Notes under the pieces: model-generated | Told to the model about the DNA's origin: nothing | Database searches by the model: none | Seen by the model: the letters and a program-made list of their open reading frames with translations, nothing else | Shown: positions 53,656-64,000 of the stretch, piece after piece | Layout: each line of letters opens with the position of its first letter | Position numbering within the stretch: the first letter of the stretch is position 1 | Source: Paraspadella gotoi | Lineage: Eukaryota; Animalia; Chaetognatha | Assembly: GCA_051294375.1 (NCBI GenBank) | Contig: CM119264.1 | Location: forward strand, 26,311,011 to 26,375,010 | Direction: 5' to 3' | DNA length: 64,000 bases | Translations under genes and position numbers: made by a program

Positions 53656-53953
53656 AAAGGATAATGTTTTCTTGTATCGAATCGAAGGACGAAGATGCAA
53701 AATCTCTCGATTATGATCAAACGTAAATCGTTTTTTTCTTTTTTTTATCGTAATTTTTTTTTAAACGTCGATCGATTTTTGTCAAAGTCACATTGGATCT
53801 ATTTTGTTGAAGTCTCTGAAATAGTTTACATCCATAAAAAAGAGAGAGAGGGAGAGAGCGAAGAGGGTGAGTTATAGCTGACTCTGAGTTGACTCGTCTC
53901 TTAGGACGAGAAGGAAAAAGAAGCGACGAACCGAGGTAAAAATCTATATTTGG

Positions 53954-53998
<45 letters not shown>

Positions 53999-54134
53999 CC
54001 TTTCTCTCTCTCTCTTTAACCATCACTTTTCGAACACACTTTAGCAATGACTCGACCACCACTCCGTCAGCCCGTCACCCGTCGAGAGTTCCAGAAGAAA
54101 AAACACGTCGATGATAAATGACTTGGCAATTTCA

Positions 54135-54149
<15 letters not shown>

Positions 54150-54185
<36 letters not shown>

Positions 54186-56420
54186 GGAGAGAGAGGAGAG
54201 AGAGAGAAAGAGAGAGAGAGAGAGAAAAGAGACGAGGAGCACAGTACAGGACACGGTAGAACAAGAGCACGATCAAGATTATCACTCAATTTCGCACGTT
54301 GAAAACGTAAGGTGCGTCACCAAAAAGAGAAAGAAGCGAATCACTATTCGTTCGAATCTTCGAAAGGAAAACCGGAGAACGCAGGAGAGACCAGCGACGC
54401 TACCTCGCCCGCCCCGCTTCTTCCTTACGCCTGTCCGTCCAGCTCCTTTACTTCTTACGCCACAAAAGACGGATCGATTTCACTTCCTTAGCCCTCACCG
54501 AACAGCTTCAACAATTTGACGGCAGCGCTGCCTTATTCTTACCCTCACACCCCAAGGACCGACAAAACTAAAGACTGCCAGCACAGTCGCCCAGAGCATC
54601 CTTCCACATACTACGCCATTCTTCAGCTCCTAGCTAATCTCTCGAGCCACCGATGTTCAGCCATCTTCATCAATACAACTCTTTCCTATCGTCAGACATT
54701 GAGGATATTTGAAATCTAACGGTATCAACATGCATACAGGAGATAAATTCACGGTGGGGACATAGAGAGACTGTAGCATTGAGAGAGCAGAGAGAGAGAG
54801 AGAGAGAGAAGAGAGAGAGAGAAGAGAGAGTAAACCCAGAGGCGGCGAACGATTAAGCCCGGCCCCTCCTTAACCTGCTTCTTTCTCGACGACTGCCTGA
54901 CATCTGCCCAAGACGCGGTAAAAAACGCGCTTCCGCTTTGTGTTATAAGTGTTAAATGTGTTATAATGTTTATGTTAAATGTTAGAATAAACTTTGTTGG
55001 TACATAGTATGTTAACCTCTCATTGGTCAGTTGTAGCAAACGTATTAAAAAACACACGCTCTCAAAATTGGTGCGCTTCGATTGTTTCTCATTGATTTAA
55101 AATAACTCGGAATGTAGTTTAAACCGTTCTCTAGCATAAACACTTTATAGGCTCGACGATGGAACCCGAATATCCTCCATCCTTCGATCCGTGAGGCTTA
55201 AACTATTAAGTCTCTCTCTGTATTAACACCATCTATTAACAAAGATTAAAGAGCGTTCGAATTGGGACACATCTCTGGCATATCCGTCTGACCAAGGATA
55301 CGGCTCGTAGATTCAAATGAGCCATATAAACAGATAATCAACCGAAGAAAGACACGAAGAACAAGAAAAACAAGCAAATGAAGAAGAATAAGAACAGAAA
55401 AAATAAGACGATGAATGAATAAGAAAAATGAAGAAAGACGCTCTCGAAGAACCGATTGGACAGTAGACAAATAAAGAATAGGAAAATAAGAAGAGGAAAC
55501 AAGTAGACGAAAGCAGAGATCCCAGCACGAAGAGTTAGGAAGCGAGGAAGGAGATGCGGAGGATGGAGCAACCGAGCACAGAATTGACACGAGACTAGCA
55601 GAGACGAGTAAGCAAGGAGAATCAATATGCAGGCGCTCCAGCATCTGCTTATAGGTGCTTCGTTGGGCTGAAAAAACTTCAGTCCGGAATTAAATTTACT
55701 TTTAATTCTTTTTGTTATGAAAAATAACAAAATAATATGGGAAAAACTCGATCGTTATCCATGATATTGGACCATCTTTCTGTATCTGCATTCTCGCGCA
55801 TTCCACTCGCATTTCAAATCTTTCAACCTCAACCCCTTCAACGCTTCCACTCAGTCTTCCCACCTTCCTGTCTTCCCTCTCACGTGATTCGCCTTCACCA
55901 CCAATGCCTTCGTCGGTTGGTTATTGGTGACTTATCTGGATTTTCTCCCGCGTCCGGAGATCCGTCACGACCTTTCCCCTTAGAGAAAAAGGGGCGCCAA
56001 GTACTCTTGGATCCCACAGTCCTCCACATCCAAAACCCCACCCGATCACGACCACTTCTGTCACCCGGAAATCGCACGAGACTCTGGACCGGGCACGATG
56101 ACCTTCGACCACCTACGCCGCATGTTCCCACACCGTCGCGGCTTATCGACCAACCTTCTGGCCACTAGAGCATCCCAGCCGCGTTAGAAATGTAACACTA
56201 TACCACCATAGAGGAGAAGGAAACAAAAGCGAAATTAAGACAGACGAGACTGATTATTATTTTGGTCTTGTTCTTCGGAGACATGAGGTCGTGCTCAGAG
56301 CCTCGCTATTTGAAGATCCCTTTACCCCGCAATTGGGACGGAAGACACTAGACTTGTAAGATCGTCAATTTAGACTGAACTGCACCCAAAAATTAATTAA
56401 TTCACACTCCAGCACCTATT
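54150..56420 (+). repeat. Segment with an inverted noisy copy at ~61320-62960
   Basis: Anchors: AAGATCGTCAATTTAGACTGA (~56360) vs TCAGTCTAAATTGACGATCTT (~61360); CTCTCACGTGATTCGCCTTCAC vs GTGAAGGCGAATCACGTGAGAG; TTTTGTTATGAAAAATAACAAA vs TTTGTTATTTTTCATAACAAAA. Confidence 0.85.
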
Positions 56421-59231
56421 AAGGTTTCACACATCCTACAAACCTTACCGAGACAAATCTCCTTGCCCCCTGAGAACCTTCACTCATAGACTCGATGCGA
56501 ATTATCACTTTGTTTTGAATCGTTTCTCCAAGCGACTTTCGTGAGCCTTTGCCCTTCAGCCACGCCCGACTGTCTCTAGTCTCTGTCTCTTCTCTCTCTC
56601 TCCTCAACGCTGCCTCTCTCACGTCCTCTCTCTTTCTCATCCCCGAGTCGATTCTCTCTCTCATCTCTCTCATCTATGCTCCTCCTCACAACCAGCTCCT
56701 GGACCCCCCCGCAGGCCTCCATCACATCACAGGCGGTCCACGTCAACGCGTTCGACCCTTTCCATTCATCTCTCCTCTCTCCTCTCAACCCCAGTTCTGC
56801 GCCTGAGCCCTGCCCGTCTACCTCCCACTACAAAAAAAGCGGCCAATCAGTTCTCTCCCTGGCGTCCGCTCAGTTCACTCCTCCTAATCGCTGCGTCATC
56901 GAGCGGCGGGCGACCCATTTGAGCTATGACGCCAGGATTGTGTGTGGTGGCTCTTCGTAATAACCAACGGCCTCAGACCGTGGCGCGGAGCGGCCTTGGC
57001 AACCGAGGACGGGTTCGCTCGCGAGTCGGGCGTGCCGAGACGGCGCGCGTTACCACCTACGAGAACGGAGGAAAAATGTTCTTCCCTCGTGAATCGTGTA
57101 ACCTCTCGTTTGGTCGGTCTCTAGAATCTGAGAGTCGAGATCGAGAAGGCTTACGACCGCGCTGGGGATGCTTATCAGCGCAGGCGTATGCGGTCCGGTT
57201 TAAAAAAATCGAAAAGTCATAGAACTCGAGGTTAGATAAAGTAGACAATCACGAAACGCAGCAGATAGCTACCCTTGAGGAACTACAATAAGTCGGTAAG
57301 TGGTCATAACCTCTGATAAAGATGTCTCAGTTGTCTGACACGATCAGCGACACATAATTCAGTAGACAACAAATTTCATGTTATATGATCAGATTAAGCT
57401 GAAAACTCTTAAATATTAAAAGAAAAACGACGCGAGAAAAATGGAGAACAAAAACTTCGTCGAACACAACAATGCTTATGGATAAAGCATGATGAAAACA
57501 TAACTTTCTCTGAAGAAACACGAACTCTACCAGAACGGATATTATCTAAGGACACAGGCGCCTAGGCTATGCGTCTATCCTCACTATTCCTTCCGGGATC
57601 TCTGCCAAGGAACCGCGGCGGATCGTCGCTCTCCTCCGCGGGGCGTGCTCCGTGCGTGCGCGGCTCGTGCGCGGTACCATTCCAATTTTAACGCCATTTC
57701 TTCTCTGCTTTTTCGTGCCTCTCGACCTCCGTCCTCCTCGTTCCGTCGACGCCGGGCCTCTCCGGCAACCGCGTCTTCCGCCATTTCGCCGCGAGCAGGC
57801 GGGCAGGCGTCGTGGCGGGCCTATCCCTCCTGTCTCATCATCTCTCTGCGGCGCCGATCGCGGCGTGTGATTCTCTCTCTCACTTCCTCTCAGTCTCCCC
57901 ATCGCTTTGCTGCTATCACATCAGTAGATATTCTAAGCGGTTGAGCAGTTGGCTTTTTTCATCGCGATTTAAGCTGCCTACATCAGCAGTCGCCCAACGA
58001 GCGGGCAGCGCGATTTTCGTCCCGAAACTCCATTACCTCCTCTCTCACCATCTTTCTCCTCTCTCATCTCGTTCTCTCTCTAATTTCCAACCCAAACGGC
58101 GCTTCCTCTTCGCCGCTCTTGAGATTTAACAACTTGAAAAACAACAAATTTAGAAGACAGAGTAGACAGCGTCTTACCCTTATTAAGTCAGGGGGGTCTC
58201 TCTTTTCCACTCTCTACTTCAAAATAACTCCTTTCTTTTTTCCAATCTCTTTTCCCTTTTCTTTCTTCTCGCTCCACTTTTGGATTGGTTTCGAAGAATA
58301 AACGTTCGGCAGATAATCTAACGTGGAATTATCATAATACTTATCTTCCAAGAAATCTGGTTGTAACGTATTAAAAAAAACGGGCATCCGATCAACAAGA
58401 CTTGCCCACCCTCTTTCTTTGCCTCGCAACCGTGCCCGGTCTTTTGTCTCTCCTTCTTTTTTTTTTTGTGTGTCGGTGCCATCTCAACGAGCCCCCCCGA
58501 GATTCGCCTTCTTTGATCTAAACCTCGTCGCGATTTGTGCCACGTCTTATGTTTTCGTTTCCCCCCTGTCAACCCAAAAAACAAATCAACTACAATCATT
58601 CTCCGAAAAAATCTCACAAATCCACTCGGAGCAATATTGGTAATTTGTATAGGCGTTTTTTTTCTTTCCTTCCCTGACTCCTATCATTATCTCTGGACTA
58701 GTCAATGAGAAAAAGAAGCAGTATCTATCATCTCTCTGTTAATCTAGTCTGGCAATCTATTGTTTTGAGATTGACGTTCTCTCCACCATCAAAGAATCCT
58801 TAAAAGTATACAACAAAAAAAAACACAAGATCAACTGTATACTTGTTACACAAAGAATGTTTATATTCCTTCATTTCTTCCTNNNNNNNNNNNNNNNNNN
58901 NNNNNNNACGAGACTGGACCGTCAGGGAGCGGGTATCGCAAAGGGTCGCTCCCCCGTCCGAGGTCCTCGTCAAGCCGAGCGTGAAATTCGTTGCGATTCC
59001 CTTTGCAGAATCACGTCGCTNNNNNNNNNNNNNNNNNNNNNNNNNNNNNNNNNNNNNNNNNNNNNNNNNNNNNNNNNNNNNNNNNNNNNNNNNNNNNNNN
59101 NNNNNNNNNNNNNNNNNNNNNNNNNNNNNNNNNNNNNNNNNNNNNNNNNNNNNNNNNNNNNNNNNNNNNNNNNNNNNNNNNNNNNNNNNNNNNNNNNNNN
59201 NNNNNNNNNNNNNNNNNNNNNNNNNNNNNNN

Positions 59232-60335
59232 ATCTTTGTTTTACCTTTCTGTCAATGTCGGCTCAGTCTTCAACGTTGTCTTTATTGCTGTCATCATAAA
59301 GAACATCGTCATCGTCTTAAATGTCTTTTCTGCACAGAATATTTAAATTTTATCTACGTTTCCTTTCTGTTATCGTCAATATAAAAAAATCTAATTTTTA
59401 CATTTATTTTTAAATTTTAATAAAAAAAAGTCTAATATAGTAAAACAAGTAATCTTGCAATTTTTTATGGAATTATAATTCATATTATATATATTATATA
59501 TTACATTATATATATTATATCAACTTTGGGTCCATTGCAATTTGACTTGTAGTAATCTAAATAGATTAATTATTATTAATGTCTTGATTTTCTCCCCTGA
59601 TCTCTTTTTTATTTTCCTTTTTTGTTCACCTTTATTGTTTATATAAGATCTTTTTGCAACCATTCCCGCAATTATTTGCTTGCTCTGTTTTCTTTCAGAA
59701 AAAAAAAATATTAATTATAAATTATTAATCAGACAAATCTTTCTGTAATATTATTTTATTTATTCCCAAATGAGTACAATCCAGAGAGTAGAGTAAAGCG
59801 GCTGAAACTAAAACGATACTCCGTAACGTACAGTTTCATTGTCGTAATTTAGGGGCATAAAACAGAAGAAATACGAATTAATCAGTTTCATCGCGAATGC
59901 TGTTTGAGAGACGCGATTTCAAACATTCCGGTTATTTAAATGTGCAGTTCATCAATATCTCTGAAGAAACCTCCAGTTTTATTATTATAAGATATAAACA
60001 TTATCTATGCCTATCTAGGTCGTTTTCTGATAGCTAAAACTAAACTAAAACAAAAAAAAAATTGTAATTACTAAAGTCAAAACTGTTTTCTAAAATTATC
60101 AGACTACATTTTAAATTTATAAAGACTGTAATATTTAGTAACCCCCATTAAAAAGAATTAACTATGCGGATTGCTTAGAACAATAGCGTATACTGCAACA
60201 TGCAAATAAGTTTAACTTGAAAACACTTTTTAATGTAGGAAGAAAAGCATTTATCTTTTTCTTTCATTTCTTCGGAAAAGGGAGGTCCTGGTAAATACAG
60301 GGTGAACCGGGTGAGGACTTTGACCAACTGTAAGA
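59232..60335 (+). repeat. Diverged dispersed repeat, direct paralogue of ~1184-1485
   Basis: Shared blocks ATCTTTGTTTTACC.TTCTGTCAATGTCGGCTCAGTCTT, GTAATTACTAAAG.CAAAACTGTTTTCT, GCGTATACTG.AACATGCAAAT and AAAGGGAGGTCCTG.TAAATACAGGGTG.ACCGGGTG, each copy followed by (GA)n. This copy has ~700 bp extra at ~59330-60060. Confidence 0.75.
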
Positions 60336-61319
60336 GAGAGAGAGAGAGAGAGAGANNNNNNNNNNNNNNNNNNNNNNNNNNNNNNNNNNNNNNNNNNNNN
60401 NNNNNNNNNNNNNNNNNNNNNNNNNNNNNNNNNNNNNNNNNNNNNNNNNNNNNNNNNNNNNNNNNNNNNNNNNNNNNNNNNNNNNNNNNNNNNNNNNNNN
60501 NNNNNNNNNNNNNNNNNNNNNNNNNNNNNNNNNNNNNNNNNNNNNNNNAGAGAGGAAAAGAGTAGAAACTATTGTTGAGAGAAAAAATTTTCATCTGAAT
60601 CAAGAGTTGTGGTGAAAGTTTTTTGTTTTATTCTTCTTGCGTGTTTTTCATTAATATTTTAAATTTTAGTTAATTGATCATAAATGAAATTTGTTCTACT
60701 GTATTTTCCGCTTGATCGTTCAACTGACATCTTTATATTAATTACCGACTATTGATTTCTCAATTTTCCTCTTATTTTCACTTTATCTTACGAGCTTGAC
60801 TTTTTATTTTAAACCGAGCATCGTCGCTGAGGCATCCTACGGCGTCGAAGCCTCGATCTCGACTCTCGATTCAAAGACAAACAAGTTAACGATTCCGGCA
60901 TTTTCCATTAACGCCGCCGCCGCCGCCGCCGCCACCGCCGTTGCCGCCGCTCCCGCCACGGTTGGAGGCCTTGGATTAAAAGCAAACACAATCCTGGCGT
61001 CACAAAGCNNNNNNNNNNGCTGAAGAAAGGCTCAAGAAAGTCGCTTGAGAACGATTTCAAAACAAAATTGTTTTGATCGAGTCTAAGTTGGAAAGTCTCA
61101 AAGGGGGAGAATTTCTCGGTGCCTTGTAGATGTGAAATTAATAGCTAATAATTTAATCATTATTAATAAATAAGGTAAGGTTTCTTAATGATACATAGAT
61201 ATTAGATATACATATTTAAATGGTTATCATACTAAGAAGAACCAAACTTGAGATCTTCAAAGCAATTAATAGATGAGGTTACAAAATATTTTTTTAGAAA
61301 TTTTACGATAGTACAGATC

Positions 61320-62502
61320 GAAAGAAATGCTGGGACCTCAGTGCATTTTTTGGTCAGTCAGTCTAAATTGACGATCTTCATCTATTTTCCCCAATTGCGG
61401 GTAAGTTCAAAATAGCTAGGCCAACACGACCTGTCGAAAAAAAAAATATTTCTCTTGTCTTAATTCCATTTTTTTTTCCTTTTCTCGAGTCGCTCGGGTA
61501 AGTTAAAGAATCTCATGGCCAAGGAGGTCGAAAGGCCGCGACAGTGAGACATGCCGGGGTCGAAGGTCACGTGTCAGAGTCTCAATTCGGGTCAGAGTGG
61601 TGTGAGGGGGGGTTGGGTTGGAGGGACGTTGGGATCCAAGAGGATTGGGCGCCCCTTTTTGCTCTAGGGAAAGGCGAGGATCCCTCGGGGCGGGAAAATC
61701 CAGATAATCACCAAAACAACCGACGAAGGCGATTTGTGTGAAGGCGAATCACGTGAGAGGGAAGCGGAGGTGGGAGTGAAGGTTGAAGGGGTGAAAATTG
61801 ATGACTTTGAAATTCGATTCGCAATGACGTCAATAATGTCCATTTATGGATAACGTCATTTTCCCATATATTTGTTATTTTTCATAACAAAAAGAATAAA
61901 AGTAAATTTAATTTCCGACTGAGTTTTTTTCAGCCCCGAGATAAGCAGCTGCACATTCTTTATCTCTCTCTCTCTCTCTCTCTTCTTATTTTCCATTATT
62001 TTTATTTTCTATCCAATCGGTTCTTTCGGTTCTTTCTCATTTTTCTTAATTCATTCATCGTCTTATTTTTTTCTTTCTTATTTTCTTCATTTCTTTCTTT
62101 CTTTCTTCTTTTTCTTCGTTTCATCTTCTTAATCTTCATTTATTCGAGTTTTCAACGAAGAAGATGCGTCCCACTCAACTCCATTTCTTTTAAAATTTAC
62201 AGAGGAAACTTAAGTTTAACTCACGGATCGAAATGAATTCGGGTTTTCATCTCGAGCCTATAAAATGTTTTGCTAAGGAAGTTACTACATTCCATTATTT
62301 AAACAATGAAAACAATTGAACGCACCAATTTGACTTTGTTTAACTTTGCAAACTGACCAATAAGAACTATATGAAACTAAATTTATTCTAACATTTAACA
62401 TTTAACATTTAACATTTAACATTAACACAAAGGAAGCGCTTTTCCGCTCTGGCAATGGCGCGCGTCAGAAGAAGCATCTTAATCGTCGCCGCCTCTGTTT
62501 TT

Positions 62503-62561
<59 letters not shown>

Positions 62562-62915
62562 AATTTATCTCTATGGCATTTTCTAATTCAAAATCCTCAA
62601 CGGAGAGGAAAAGATTGATTGTGAAGATCTGGCTCGGGCCGCCGGAGAAGCTGGGAGGAGAAAAGGCAGCGGGGGGTGAAGCTCTTGGAGGGGTACAGGG
62701 AAGATGCTTGGGTTAAGGTAAGCAGTGGGAAGGTAAGGAAAAAGAACGGCGGGTCAAGTTTCCTCTCCTTTTCGCTTTCGAGATAACGAAATGGTTCGCT
62801 TTTTCTTTTGTACCCTTACGTTTTAAGTGTGAAAGGAATATCTGTGCTTCTATCTCTCTCATCTCGCTGGCTCTTCTTTCTCCTCTCCCTTTCTCTCTTC
62901 TCCTCTCTCTCTCTC

Positions 62916-62960
<45 letters not shown>
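61320..62960 (-). repeat. Inverted, shorter copy of 54150-56420
   Basis: Same anchors in reverse order, next to the 10-N gap at 61009-61018. Confidence 0.85.
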
Positions 62961-62963
<3 letters not shown>

Positions 62964-64000
62964 CTCCCTATCGCCCACGATGATTTACGCTCACCGATTG
63001 AGCAAATTAAACCGCGTAACCTTTCGCCATCAAAGAATAAGAAATACGCAATCGATTGGCGTGGGTGCCCACGCTAGAGATGTGTTCTATATATGCAGTG
63101 TGGTCTGGAGAACTTTAAGCGCATGCGCAGCGCGGGTGTAGCCTCTAAGATTGTTTTGTGTGGTGGCTGGGTCTTGGGTTAAAAGGTGTAATAAAGAGAG
63201 GCGTCCTAGGAGTGTGGAACGACATCGGGAAGGGTCACAGTTATCGGGTGTGGGCGCGTTGTGGTTTGGCGAGAGGTCGCGACAACGAAGAAAAAAAAAG
63301 GGAAACGCCCCCGGAGAAATAATCAAGGATTTATTAGAAGGAAATAAGACTCTTCACCCTGAGGTGAAGACCTTTTTCACAGAGGTGAGGATCCTCCTCA
63401 TCCGGAGGTGATTACCCTTCACAGCCTCGAATTATCACCCACTCATCCCGGGGTGATCGCCCTTCGCTTTCCGGGGCAAAACACGTGTTTTTTTTTACGT
63501 TGCGATTTGTTTAGTTGGTTTTAGGTATTCTAAATTTGTTAAAACTCTTTCCATTACTTACGTTGCAAAACTACACATTACATTACCGATAGAATAATAC
63601 AAATAATACAAATTTAAAACTTAAAATAGTGAAACAAGTTATTTTACAAATTTTCATATAGATGTATGTATATAATTTAACTGATTTTTATTCATGCGAT
63701 TTAAGGCTCTAAATACTTGGCCCTAGGTTTTTTCCGAGGTCCTAAGAAAGAAAAATGTTTCCGATTCATGAGCGACTTTACGATATTGACCCATATTCTC
63801 GTGGCAGAGAAATCCGAAGAGGAAATTTTGAAAGGTTCCAACTTATATTTTAGGGGCTTAGAATAGTTGGAAATCAAAAACATATTAAAATTACGCTTTC
63901 ACTATTTCGAAAGAAGCATCATTTAACAAAATATACGTTATTTCGATAACAACTTCGCCGAAAATAATGTACATTCAAATTGATTATTCCACGCGTGTTT

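Noticed and set aside
57567-58129. GC-rich overlapping ORFs
   Set aside because: Arg/Pro/Ser-rich in all frames with no recognisable domain, in noisy sequence beside a gap; at most a CpG-rich island.

Overview
AT-rich animal (metazoan) genomic DNA from a draft, gap-filled assembly, with GT-AG introns, dense (GA/CT)n and (AAAT)n microsatellites, and many N gaps, seven of them exactly 25 N. Almost all ORFs in the track are microsatellite noise. Two real spliced genes can be built by hand. The first is a 2-exon, 762-aa XK-related (Xkr/scramblase-family) membrane protein at 28260-30716(+), with large Cys-containing loop inserts and an extra ~320-aa multi-pass C-terminal extension. The second is a 3-exon, 98-aa secreted peptide at 37479-38516(+), made of a signal peptide and two tandem ShKT domains; the ORF track misses it. 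Well over half the window is duplicated. A ~10.2-10.7 kb inverted duplication (30871-41062 vs 41306-51968) carries a frameshifted mirror of the ShKT gene. The 8-24 kb region holds rearranged copies of the same blocks (inversion, 2 kb indel, VNTR difference), and there are further noisy direct and inverted copies. Most duplicates abut 25-N gaps and differ by scattered 1-2 bp indels, so they are probably long-read gap-filling, haplotype or chimera products, although true inversion alleles are not excluded. Small mobile features include a CCA-ending tRNA-Leu-like retrocopy with a perfect 24-bp flanking direct repeat, a repeat with an optional tRNA-like Pol III cassette just upstream of the ShKT gene, and a Tc1/mariner-like MITE. 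All calls come from reading the sequence only; no searches were run.
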